Shown here: piece after piece, positions 35,308-44,498 of the stretch
Numbering within the stretch: the stretch's first letter is position 1
How the letters are laid out: each line of letters opens with the position of its first letter
Program-made: the position numbers and the translations under genes
The notes under the pieces: generated by a model
Told to the model about the DNA's origin: nothing
The model's database searches: none
What the model saw: the letters and a program-made list of their open reading frames with translations, nothing else
DNA from: Candidatus Cloacimonadales bacterium
GTDB lineage: Bacteria > Cloacimonadota > Cloacimonadia > Cloacimonadales > JAIOQZ01
Assembly (NCBI GenBank): GCA_963674825.1
Contig: OY771587.1
Coordinates: 448,001 to 512,000, forward strand
DNA: 64,000 nt
Direction of reading: 5' to 3'

Positions 35308-36816
35308 ATGTTTAATGAAATCATTGTAAATGTACATCCCTACGAAACCAGAGTCGCCATCCTTGAAGATAACAGGCTGGTCGAACTCTTCGTAGAGAAA
35401 AGAGAACAGCAGAATATCGTAGGTAACATATATAAAGGATATGTTCAGGACGTCCTTCCAGGAATGGGAGCGGCCTTCATCAACATCGGGCTTGAACGTA
35501 CCGCGTTCCTGCATTACTCGGATATTGTGACCGACTTCTTCGACCTTGTTGATTCGGACAATAGTGCGCCCAGTAAGCTGGCGAAGGATTCGTCCAAGAT
35601 AGGCAAGTACCTCAAGGAAGGCCAGGAAATCGTCGTCCAGGTGCAGAAAGGCCCACTCGGGAAAAAAGGCGCAAGACTCACCGGACAGATATCGCTTCCG
35701 GGAAAGTTCCTCGTATTCTTCCCCAATAAAAACCGCGTCGCCGTTTCGCGCAAAATAAACACTTATGCCGAAAAGAATCGAATCAAGACAATCATCAGCC
35801 AGATAAAACACAAAGATATCGGGCTGATTGTGCGCACCGACGCCGAAGGCAATTCACTGGAAGAATTCGAAACCGAGTACAATGGCCTTTATAAAACGTG
35901 GAAATATCTTGAGAAACAGATTCAATACGCCAAGCCGCCTGTTTGCATCTTCAATCAGAGCGACCTGACAAACACGCTTATTCGTGACCTGTTCAACACC
36001 AAAATAGACCGCCTCGTCGTGGACGACCGAGCCTTCCGCGAACGACTCATCCAGAACTTGCAGCTCGGAGCACCGGAACTGGTCGAGCGAATCGAGCTTT
36101 ACAAAGAAGATTCCCCTATCTTCGACGCCTACGGCATCGAGAAAGAAATCGAGAAGATGTTCAACGCCCGAGTGGAACTTCCCAGCGGTGGTAACATCGT
36201 CATCGAACAAACTGAAGCGATGGTCTCCATTGATATCAACACCGGTAGCTACACCGGACGACGAAACTACGAAGACACCATTCGCCAGACAAACGTCGAA
36301 GCTGCCGAGGAAATCGCACGGCAGATCCGGCTTCGCGATCTGAGCGGTATCATGGTTATCGACTTCATCGACATGGAAAGTGAATCAAGCAAAAGCCAGG
36401 TGCTCGACACCCTGCGTCGCTGCCTCAAGCGAGATCGCGCGCGCAACAAGGTCTTCCCGTTCGGACCTCTGGGACTCGTCGAGATCACCCGTAAACGTAC
36501 ACGTCCAAATATCATTCTCGCTTATTCGGAGAGATGCCCCTGCTGCCATGGCGCTGGGCGCATTATCTCTCGCGATTCTGTCGCGATGAAAATCTTCCGA
36601 TGGATCAGCAGGTCGGAATATTTCCTCAAGGATAAACCACTGCAGATCCTTGTCGCACCACCCGTGAAAGAGTACCTCGACAACAACCCCGAGTACCTTT
36701 CACACGTTAAGAACAAACTCGAGATCACTGTCGATGATGAGATTGCGCTGGACGGATTCCGCGTACTCGACCTTCAGACAGGCAAGGAGATCACAACGCA
36801 TTTCAAGGCGCACTAA
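35308..36816 (+). CDS. rng: Rne/Rng family ribonuclease (RNase G-length)
   Basis: GNIYKG...VLPGMGAAFINIG, IDINTG, EIARQIRLRDLSGIMVIDFIDM, CPCCHGAG. Confidence 0.92.
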   Translation: MFNEIIVNVHPYETRVAILEDNRLVELFVEKREQQNIVGNIYKGYVQDVLPGMGAAFINIGLERTAFLHYSDIVTDFFDLVDSDNSAPSKLAKDSSKIGKYLKEGQEIVVQVQKGPLGKKGARLTGQISLPGKFLVFFPNKNRVAVSRKINTYAEKNRIKTIISQIKHKDIGLIVRTDAEGNSLEEFETEYNGLYKTWKYLEKQIQYAKPPVCIFNQSDLTNTLIRDLFNTKIDRLVVDDRAFRERLIQNLQLGAPELVERIELYKEDSPIFDAYGIEKEIEKMFNARVELPSGGNIVIEQTEAMVSIDINTGSYTGRRNYEDTIRQTNVEAAEEIARQIRLRDLSGIMVIDFIDMESESSKSQVLDTLRRCLKRDRARNKVFPFGPLGLVEITRKRTRPNIILAYSERCPCCHGAGRIISRDSVAMKIFRWISRSEYFLKDKPLQILVAPPVKEYLDNNPEYLSHVKNKLEITVDDEIALDGFRVLDLQTGKEITTHFKAH

Positions 36817-36913
36817 CTTTTTCGCCCTGAAATCTCTATTGTTCTTGACAATCAAACGCAACGATAATTATTTGGCTATTCCGTTTATTATAAATGGATA
36901 TAAGGAGTCTGAA

Positions 36914-37231
36914 ATGTATGCGATCGTAGATTTTAAGGGTCAACAGCTTCGGATGGAAAAGGACAAGACCGTTAAGGTCCCGTATCTTGCCGAACTCGAG
37001 CCCGGAAACGAGTTGGAACTCGACGATGTGCTTCTTCTGAAAGATGATAAAGATAACGTGCTTGTCGGTCAGCCTACGCTCGACAACGTAAAAATCGTGG
37101 CTGAAATTGTTGATCACGGCAAAGATAAAAAAATCGTCGTCTTCAAGAAGAAACGCAGAAAAGGTTATGCCAAGAAAACTGGTCACCGGCAGAACTACAC
37201 CACCATCCTGGTTAAGGATATTATTCAGTAA
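36914..37231 (+). CDS. rplU: 50S ribosomal protein L21
   Basis: [11 protein letters not shown]...[28 protein letters not shown]. Confidence 0.97.
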   Translation: MYAIVDFKGQQLRMEKDKTVKVPYLAELEPGNELELDDVLLLKDDKDNVLVGQPTLDNVKIVAEIVDHGKDKKIVVFKKKRRKGYAKKTGHRQNYTTILVKDIIQ

Positions 37232-37248
37232 CCCCAGGGAGATGAAAC

Positions 37249-37509
37249 ATGGCACATAAAAAAGGTGTTGGCAGTAGTAAAAACGGACGGGACAGCAATC
37301 CGCAATATCTCGGCGTAAAACGTTATGACGGTCAGTTTGTGCTGGCTGGGAACATTATCGTTCGCCAACGCGGTACCAAGTTCCACCAAGGAAACAACGT
37401 GGGCCTGGGTAAGGACTACACGATCTTCAGTCTTGTCGACGGCTATGTCAAATTCCAGACAAAAGCCGGCGGAAAGAAATTCGTGAACGTTATCCCCGCT
37501 GAAGCCTGA
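37249..37509 (+). CDS. rpmA: 50S ribosomal protein L27
   Basis: [24 protein letters not shown]. Confidence 0.98.
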   Translation: MAHKKGVGSSKNGRDSNPQYLGVKRYDGQFVLAGNIIVRQRGTKFHQGNNVGLGKDYTIFSLVDGYVKFQTKAGGKKFVNVIPAEA

Positions 37510-37528
37510 TTATAGTTTTTTCCGTACC

Positions 37529-37557
37529 AAAGGCAGCTACTACGTGGCTGCCTTTTT
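37529..37557 (+). terminator. Intrinsic terminator after rpmA
   Basis: AAAGGCAGCTAC-tac-GTGGCTGCCTTTTT. Confidence 0.85.
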
Positions 37558-37563
37558 CTATTC

Positions 37564-37911
37564 TCACTCTAACACATATGCATCCCAACATGAACAATGA
37601 CTCAATCTTTCTCCCAACATTTGATCAATATTTTCTGGATCCCTTCCACCACCATGATAATGCTCTTCACCACAAATAGGACATTTAACTATAAATGACA
37701 ACTGTCCATCACTCCACTCTCTCTTTGCTTTGAAATGTGGGCGACCTAATTCATCCACAGGAATTTCATCTCTGGATTTTAAACCCCTTTTCAAAATGAA
37801 TTTCTTACAGGATTTACATGTCACTTCTCTTATATCATCATTTGACTTCACTCCCGCACGATAACTATGGGCACAACCATGGATATTATCAAAAACAAAG
37901 TGAATCTTCAT
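37564..37911 (-). CDS. Small AT-rich Cys/His-rich hypothetical protein
   Basis: GGAGG RBS before ATG at 37911; VTCKSC, CPICGEEHYHG and RLSHC motifs. Confidence 0.65.
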   Translation of the reverse strand: MKIHFVFDNIHGCAHSYRAGVKSNDDIREVTCKSCKKFILKRGLKSRDEIPVDELGRPHFKAKREWSDGQLSFIVKCPICGEEHYHGGGRDPENIDQMLGERLSHCSCWDAYVLE

Positions 37912-38042
37912 ATTTACCTCCACAATTTACTTACTTGATATTATAATTGGAAATTAAGTGTTTCCAAGAGTTTTCTTCAATAACTTTATCTCGTACCAAC
38001 CGATTTCCAAAGTTTCGACTGAATGAGCATCTGTGAGTACCA

Positions 38043-38181
38043 CTCTCTGCTCCCTCGCCCATGGAATGGGAGAGGGCTGGGGCGAGGGTCTCTTTCTCCA
38101 TCCTGCTAATCGTGGTAATCCTGTAAATCATTTGAGGGGATTCAGGCAAAGAAGAGATGCAGGCAAGGATGCCTGCGCTCC
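38043..38181. repeat. Cluster of short repeats: BoxC-like palindrome, 9-bp ATCCTG-type tandem, REP-like hairpin
   Basis: 38043-38096 CCCTCGCCC...GGGAGAGGG; 38100-38129 atcctgcta/atcgtggta/atcctgtaa; 38159-38181 GCAGGC-aaggat-GCCTGCGCTCC. Confidence 0.6.
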
Positions 38182-38189
38182 AGAAAAGG

Positions 38190-39287
38190 CTATACCTCAG
38201 CCTTAAGTACGAAGAAGATACCGGCGATGGTAAATACGATATTGGCGATCCATGCAGCAAATAGTGGCGATAGAACACCGTTATAGCCGAGGCTCATGCT
38301 CACCCGCTGTGCTGAAAGATACATGAAGCAGATGACAAGCCCCAGCAGGAAGACCAATCCGCGTCCCCTGCTACGCGTTGATGTGGAAGCTAAAGGTACA
38401 CAGAATAGCAGGATAATCAGGTTCGCAAACGGAAACGACAGTTTGAAGTGAAGGTCGACAAGCTCCTTGCGGTACTTCTCCCCCACCTTCTTCAAGCGAT
38501 TGATGTATTCCCGCAGCTCGAAATAGTTCATCGACATCGGATCTTTCGCGCTCTTGATGAAATCCAAAGGCGTCGCATCCAGCTCCGGCACAACCGTCTC
38601 CGGATGAAACTCGGTGAGTGCTTCGATCTCACGACCTTCATGATCGAATGTGCGGATGTAGCAATTCTCCAGCACCCATTCCTCGCCATTCCAGTCGGCC
38701 TTACTTGCTGTTATCTTACGACTGATCGCCCCGTTCTCATGGTCGAATGTCGTGATGTCGATAGTCTTCAGGACATTGCGATAACCATCGAAGAATCCGA
38801 TGAAATAGAGGTTGTTACCGGTTCCGCGATAGTAAATGTTGCTGCGCATCTTGATATCTTCTATCTTGCGATTCTTGATCTTCTCGGTATAGATATACTG
38901 CCTTATCGCTTCGGATTTGGGCAGTACATACTCCCCGAAGATCATCACGAAAATGCTGAAGAACAGCCCGAACCACAGAATCGGTGACACCATTCGCAGA
39001 ATGCTGAGTCCAGCCGCGCGGATCGCGATCGATTCGTTATATTTGGATAGCGAATTCATGAGGAACAGACCGCTGAGCAGTACAGCCACAGGCGAAGTCA
39101 ACACAAAAAGATAGGGTATTCTCGAAATGAAGTACATCACAATGTCGTTTAACTCCGCATTATACCGCAAGAGCCGCGGCAAGCGGTCGAATATGTCCAC
39201 CACGATGAAAATCACCGAGAAAGACGCAGTGATCACCAGCAGCGTGATCAGATATTCTCTAAGGATGTAACGGTCTAATATCTTCAT
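38190..39287 (-). CDS. lptG: LPS export ABC transporter permease (LptF/LptG family)
   Basis: MKILDRYI...NESIAIRAAGLS..R...KLSFPF...AAWIAN; 3 TM + periplasmic domain + 3 TM. Confidence 0.85.
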   Translation of the reverse strand: MKILDRYILREYLITLLVITASFSVIFIVVDIFDRLPRLLRYNAELNDIVMYFISRIPYLFVLTSPVAVLLSGLFLMNSLSKYNESIAIRAAGLSILRMVSPILWFGLFFSIFVMIFGEYVLPKSEAIRQYIYTEKIKNRKIEDIKMRSNIYYRGTGNNLYFIGFFDGYRNVLKTIDITTFDHENGAISRKITASKADWNGEEWVLENCYIRTFDHEGREIEALTEFHPETVVPELDATPLDFIKSAKDPMSMNYFELREYINRLKKVGEKYRKELVDLHFKLSFPFANLIILLFCVPLASTSTRSRGRGLVFLLGLVICFMYLSAQRVSMSLGYNGVLSPLFAAWIANIVFTIAGIFFVLKAEV

Positions 39288-39311
39288 ATTCCGCTTAATA
39301 AAATCAGTGGG

Positions 39312-40412
39312 TTAATTCTGCAAGATATTTCTGTAGATTTGCAGGAATCGCGCTTGAATTACGTCCCGTTCAAAGTGCTCGTGAACGTAGTTGTACCCCT
39401 TATCGCCCATCGCTATCCTATCGCTCGCGGCAATCCGCCTGATGCCATCGGCCAGGGCCTGTGCATCGCTGTGTTGCACCACGATGCCATGACCGGGTAT
39501 GATATCCGGCAGGATACCGGCGTCAGTCGTGACAAGCGGCTTCCTCATTGCCATGAATTCCAGCGCGACACGGCTGTTTGCCTCGGATCCGATCGATGAG
39601 ATAACACCCGCATCCGAAGCCGCGATCAGCTCCGCGACATCATCCGCCCAACCAGCCAGTCGTACGCGTCCGTTAATCATGGGCTTGACCTCATCAAAAT
39701 GCGGATAATCGGTGTTGCCCACCAGGAGCAACGTAAAGTTGAATCCCTCGCTCTCCAGAATCTTCGCCGCCTCCAACAGGTACATATGGCCCTTTATCGG
39801 CTCGAATCTTCCGATGTGTACCAGGCAGAATTCATCGCCGATACCCAGTTTCTTTCTGGCAGCTTCACGATTATATTTCTCCAGGTTGAAATGCTCCGTA
39901 TCCAGCGGGAAATGCAGCGTTGCCACCCGATCTTCCGGCAGCCCGAAATCCAGAAGCTGTTTGCGCTCACGATCTGATGGAACGATAGTCAAATGCGTAT
40001 TACTCTGATAGAGGATGCGATTGCCCAGATTTCGGCGGATCGGCGTGGCGGTTCCACGCGTGCGAATAACGGTCGTACACGAGCCGGTCAGCCAGTTTGC
40101 CAGTATACCCAATGAATGCATGATAGATCGATAATAGATATGCAGTACGTCCGGTTTCTGTCTACGTAGGATCTTGATGATCTCCGCCAGGCCGATTATA
40201 TGATTGACGGGGCTCTTACGCGAACAGATGTAACGCGATTCAACGACCTTGATACCGATCTCTCGCGCCTGCTTCGTTACACGTGATTTCGGGCCCAACA
40301 CGACACATTCATACCCAGCCTCATGCGCGAACTGGAGATTCTCCCAAAGATTCTGGGCCTCAGCGTTATAGCCCTCGTAATTGAACAAAAATGCTATCTT
40401 ACGGCGTGCCAT
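39312..40412 (-). CDS. Glycosyltransferase family 4
   Basis: IGRFEPIKGH, SEANSRVALEFMAMRKPLV. Confidence 0.88.
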   Translation of the reverse strand: MARRKIAFLFNYEGYNAEAQNLWENLQFAHEAGYECVVLGPKSRVTKQAREIGIKVVESRYICSRKSPVNHIIGLAEIIKILRRQKPDVLHIYYRSIMHSLGILANWLTGSCTTVIRTRGTATPIRRNLGNRILYQSNTHLTIVPSDRERKQLLDFGLPEDRVATLHFPLDTEHFNLEKYNREAARKKLGIGDEFCLVHIGRFEPIKGHMYLLEAAKILESEGFNFTLLLVGNTDYPHFDEVKPMINGRVRLAGWADDVAELIAASDAGVISSIGSEANSRVALEFMAMRKPLVTTDAGILPDIIPGHGIVVQHSDAQALADGIRRIAASDRIAMGDKGYNYVHEHFERDVIQARFLQIYRNILQN

Positions 40413-41436
40413 AGGTCTTTACAATATACTGGAGAACCGTTTCGGGCTTGATATCGAGCATGCAACGATGGTGCTTCCGGGGGCATCTGTCGCCGCCGTG
40501 TTTCCCGCATGGGCGGCAGGCCAGATCAATCTCAAAGATGTGATCTTTCTCACCAATCGGCTGATAACCAAGCGCTCCGGTCGTGGGACCGAAGAACGCG
40601 ACCACCGGCGTCTGAACCGCGTTTGCCGCGTGCATCAGGCCGCTGTCGTTGCATATGAGCATCCTGCACTTGGAGATCACCGCGGTAGCTTTCAAAATCG
40701 TGGTACGACCCGCCATGTTGATCGCTTCAACACCCGATTTCTCGATGATTTCGCGGCATGTATCAACCTCAGCAGGAGCACCGAGGAAGATGAGCTGGAA
40801 ACCTTTCTCATAGAGTAGCCTTGTCAACTCGGCATAATGATTCATTGGCCAGCGCTTGGTGAACGACATCGACCCAGGCGCTATCGCGATACGGGGCCGT
40901 TCCGCATAAGGAAGCATTACCGTCTCAGCAAATTCATTGTCCGATGTGGATGGATACAGGTGCGTCTGGATGGGAAACGCTTCGTCCGTAATAGGCTTTA
41001 GCAGCGTCATGTTCTTTTCGACACGCCGCATTCCCTTTGGCCAAGGAACTCGGTAGTTATAATACTTCCCGGAAAAACCCTGATCGTACCCGATCCGATG
41101 CGGAATCCCCGCTATCTTCAGCATGAAGCCTGTTGTCACCGACCGGTGCGCGGACACAGCCAGATCGTAGTCGGTTCCCTGAATACGGGAAACCATCCCA
41201 AGAATTGAGAGCATCTTGAAAGGCCAGATCTTTGCAAGCGGAATGATGTTGTCGATCGCGGGATTGTTTTGCAGCACAGCCTGAAACTTCGCGTTGACCA
41301 TCACATCGATTGCCGCATCGGGATAGCACTTTTTCAGCGCACTGATGAGCGGCGTAATCAGGATCACATCACCGATAAGAGCCGTCTGGACAACCAGGAT
41401 GCGCTTGGGCTGGAAGGTTACGGGAAGATTCTTCAT
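40399..41436 (-). CDS. waaF: LPS heptosyltransferase (GT9, WaaF-like)
   Basis: ILVVQTALIGDVIL, APGS...KRWP, CNDSGLMHAA, FFGPT; start MKNLP at 41436. Confidence 0.8.
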   Translation of the reverse strand: MKNLPVTFQPKRILVVQTALIGDVILITPLISALKKCYPDAAIDVMVNAKFQAVLQNNPAIDNIIPLAKIWPFKMLSILGMVSRIQGTDYDLAVSAHRSVTTGFMLKIAGIPHRIGYDQGFSGKYYNYRVPWPKGMRRVEKNMTLLKPITDEAFPIQTHLYPSTSDNEFAETVMLPYAERPRIAIAPGSMSFTKRWPMNHYAELTRLLYEKGFQLIFLGAPAEVDTCREIIEKSGVEAINMAGRTTILKATAVISKCRMLICNDSGLMHAANAVQTPVVAFFGPTTGALGYQPIGEKDHIFEIDLACRPCGKHGGDRCPRKHHRCMLDIKPETVLQYIVKTYGTP

Positions 41437-41447
41437 AGTCTGCCTTG

Positions 41448-41479
41448 AAAAGAGAAACAGCCCGGTTGACCCGGGCTGT
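41448..41479 (-). terminator. Intrinsic terminator after serC
   Basis: Minus-strand ACAGCCCGG-gtcaa-CCGGGCTGT-TTCTCTTTT. Confidence 0.75.
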
Positions 41480-41492
41480 CCATATAAGTTGG

Positions 41493-42575
41493 TTAGCCGT
41501 TGTTCTTTTCGAATTCGATCATGAAATCTCTGAGCTGCTGGCAAGCCTCGATCGGGAGTGCATTGTATGTCGATGCGCGGCATCCGCCGACATCGCGATG
41601 ACCCTTGAGGTTGCTCATTCCAGCCGCCGCGCTTTCGGCGATAAACTTCTTCTCGAGATCTTCGGACGGAAGACGGAAGACGATGTTCATCAGCGAGCGA
41701 TCTTCCGGGTTCACCGGTGAGCGGTAGAATTCGGAGTTATCGATCACGTCGTAGATCAGTCCGGCTTTCTTGATGTTGTGCTGTTCAACTGCCACCAGTC
41801 CGCCGTTGTCTTCGATCCACTTGAGCATGAGACCGACGATATAGATCGGGAAGCAGGGAGGTGTGTTGAACATTGAGCCCTTATCGGCATGGGTCTTGTA
41901 GGAAAGCATGGTGGGAAGCCCGGAGTTGAGCTTTTCGAGCATGTCTTTGCGGATCACGACCATGGTCACGCCAGCAGGACCAATATTTTTCTGAGCGCCT
42001 GCATAGATGAGCGCGTGCTTATTGAACGGCAGCGGCTTGCTCAGGAAGTTCGAGGACATATCCGAGATGAGCGGGATGTCGCCAACTTCGGGGGTATATT
42101 TATATTCTGTACCCATGATGGTGTTGTTGGTAGTATAATGAAGATACGCGGGATTCGCCGAGAGGGTGAATTCCTTCGGAATGTACGTGAAACTTTTGTC
42201 TTCAGATGTAGCGGCTACATTGCAGCCCTTACCGATCTTCTTACATTCCTTGATGGCCTTTGTTGACCATACGCCAGTGTTGATGTAGTTCGCCTCTTTC
42301 CCATCCGGGCAGAGGTTCATGGGCAGCATCAGGAATTGCATGCTGGCACCGCCGCCAAGGAACAGGACTTCGTAGTCGTCACCCAGTTCCATGATGCGTT
42401 TTGCGCGATCCATTGCATCGTCGATGATTCCCTGATATACTTTACTGCGATGGCTCATCTCCATAACGGAAAGCCCGTGGCCCTTATAATTGAGTAAATT
42501 CTCCTGCGCTTCGAGCAGCACTGATTCCGGTAATACCGCCGGTCCGGCGCTGAAATTCGCGATTCTGCCTTTCAT
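41493..42575 (-). CDS. serC: Phosphoserine aminotransferase
   Basis: NFSAGPAVLP, MEMSHRS, DMSS, YAGAQKNIGPAG, GHRDVGGCRAS. Confidence 0.95.
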   Translation of the reverse strand: MKGRIANFSAGPAVLPESVLLEAQENLLNYKGHGLSVMEMSHRSKVYQGIIDDAMDRAKRIMELGDDYEVLFLGGGASMQFLMLPMNLCPDGKEANYINTGVWSTKAIKECKKIGKGCNVAATSEDKSFTYIPKEFTLSANPAYLHYTTNNTIMGTEYKYTPEVGDIPLISDMSSNFLSKPLPFNKHALIYAGAQKNIGPAGVTMVVIRKDMLEKLNSGLPTMLSYKTHADKGSMFNTPPCFPIYIVGLMLKWIEDNGGLVAVEQHNIKKAGLIYDVIDNSEFYRSPVNPEDRSLMNIVFRLPSEDLEKKFIAESAAAGMSNLKGHRDVGGCRASTYNALPIEACQQLRDFMIEFEKNNG

Positions 42576-42713
42576 CAATCCTCCTGAATCGGTTTTCTTT
42601 GAAATCCGTTGATCTAACCTGCGTAGCTCACAATGCAATCGCAGCATTTATGCTGAATTTTTCCCTGCTGTGATTCCACGCAAGTTATTTTTTTGTCTCA
42701 CCCCTAATTATCT

Positions 42714-43205
42714 TTATGTCATATTCTCTCGTGAAAATCTGTGGTCGCTTCGGTGCTTTCTCGCCTCGATAGCCTTCTTGTCCAGCCATCCTGTTTTCAC
42801 TTCCTCAGCCGATTCGAAATCAGGAACATAGGGCTTGATATCCAGCAGCGGTGTATCATCCAACATATCCGCGCCGTCGAACACGATGCGATTACCATCA
42901 ATGGAAATGAGCTTTACCAGCGAGAGCCCGATCGGGTTCGGTCTGCTGGGAGCTCTTGTAGAAAAAACGCCACGTGTTGTATTATCCAGGAATGGTTTGA
43001 CCAGAAGCTTGCTGTGCTCCATGCGGTGAAAGTGGTATAGCAGGTAGATGTGCGAGAATCCGTCGAGGTCTTTCAGGCCATCAACATATTGCTCATACAC
43101 GATGATCTCACCCTGTGCTCCAGCTGCTCCAACGGGCTGGATTGGCATCCCTTCGGGTTGCCGGTGAGGTGTGTGAATAACTCCGATTGGCTCGAACGTG
43201 ATCAC
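42714..43205 (-). CDS. tsaA: tRNA (N6-threonylcarbamoyladenosine(37)-N6)-methyltransferase TrmO
   Basis: PIGVIHTP, GVFSTRAPSRPNPIGLS, DMLDDTPLLDIKPY; GTG start overlapping the upstream stop. Confidence 0.92.
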   Translation of the reverse strand: MITFEPIGVIHTPHRQPEGMPIQPVGAAGAQGEIIVYEQYVDGLKDLDGFSHIYLLYHFHRMEHSKLLVKPFLDNTTRGVFSTRAPSRPNPIGLSLVKLISIDGNRIVFDGADMLDDTPLLDIKPYVPDFESAEEVKTGWLDKKAIEARKHRSDHRFSRENMT

Positions 43206-44392
43206 TTGCCGCTATATTTCCTGACCTTCAAGAATGTTATATCATCCGGTACATGTTCGCCGCTGATGTCAAATTTACCAACAAGCTCTTCCAGCGTAAG
43301 ATCAAGGCTTTGCATCTGTGCGAGCAGGTAATCGTTTTTTTCCTGTGGTGTGGGATAATCCAGCAGATCGAGAATTCCGTCTGAAACCAGATAGAGTGCG
43401 AATTCATCGGCGAGCGGGATCTCGACATCCTCATACTGAGTAAAATCGAAAACGCCGATCGGGAAACTCTTCTGTGGAATAAACTTACATTTGCCATCAA
43501 ACATGATCGGGAAAGGATATTGCCCGCCGTTCGCGCAGAGCATTGTCTGCTTTTCGGTATCGATCACACCGAAGAAAATGGTGAGAAATTTATCGATCTT
43601 CTGGTAGAGTATTTCTTCGTTGAGTTCCTTGAGTATCTTCGAGGGACTCAGGATGGTCTGGTCGCCTTCATCAGCGAATTCTCGCAACTGACGAGACATG
43701 AAGCTCTTCAGAAGAACCGTCACGAATGCAGAGGACACGCCGTGACCTGAAACGTCTGCAATATAGAAGCCGATGTGTGTATCGTCGATCGCAAAATAAT
43801 CCAGGAAATCGCCGCTGAGGAAAGTCGATGGAATCAGGTGCCGGCTGAATTCGTAGTCGCCGAACATCTGGATTTCCAGCGGAAGAAGCTGAAACTGGAT
43901 CCTTCTGCCGGATTTCTCGTCTTCTTCCAGCTTATAGATCATATCGTTCAGTTCCTGATTTGCTTTGATCAGGTGTTCGCGTTGCATGCGGTTGTCCCGA
44001 AGGAGGTGTGCACGCTCGAACGATCGTTCCAGCGAGTGCTGGAATATATCGAGCTTCGATACAGGCTTGAGGATGTAATCCCAGGCCCCCTGCCTGATCG
44101 CCTTGACCACCTCTTGAACATCGTTCAGGCCGGAAACAGCGATAATCGGAATTTCAGGGTACTTTTGGCTCACTTGAGCAATTACCTGGAATCCGTTCAC
44201 TTCCGGCATCATGAGGTCAACCAGAATCATATCAACGGATTCGTGTTTCAACGTCTCCAGCGCGATACCGCCGTGAGACGCTTCAAGTGTCTCGTAACCA
44301 AGCCTGTTTAGAATCGTGCACAGCGTATAGCGTACGATTTCCTCATCTTCGGTTACAAGAATCCTCTTTTTAATGTCGCTTTTCTGCATCAT
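43202..44392 (-). CDS. Response regulator with SpoIIE/PP2C phosphatase output
   Basis: REC domain (EDE, DLMMP, ILKP) plus SGDF, IADVSGHG, SDG and DDIT. Confidence 0.88.
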   Translation of the reverse strand: MMQKSDIKKRILVTEDEEIVRYTLCTILNRLGYETLEASHGGIALETLKHESVDMILVDLMMPEVNGFQVIAQVSQKYPEIPIIAVSGLNDVQEVVKAIRQGAWDYILKPVSKLDIFQHSLERSFERAHLLRDNRMQREHLIKANQELNDMIYKLEEDEKSGRRIQFQLLPLEIQMFGDYEFSRHLIPSTFLSGDFLDYFAIDDTHIGFYIADVSGHGVSSAFVTVLLKSFMSRQLREFADEGDQTILSPSKILKELNEEILYQKIDKFLTIFFGVIDTEKQTMLCANGGQYPFPIMFDGKCKFIPQKSFPIGVFDFTQYEDVEIPLADEFALYLVSDGILDLLDYPTPQEKNDYLLAQMQSLDLTLEELVGKFDISGEHVPDDITFLKVRKYSGK

Positions 44393-44498
44393 ATTTCCTG
44401 AATCACCCACTCGTTAGTGTTTGCTTAAAATGTCTCAAATACCTACACGTTTACATTTGCATCAAATCAACGATATATCGCTTAACCTGTCAACTTTT

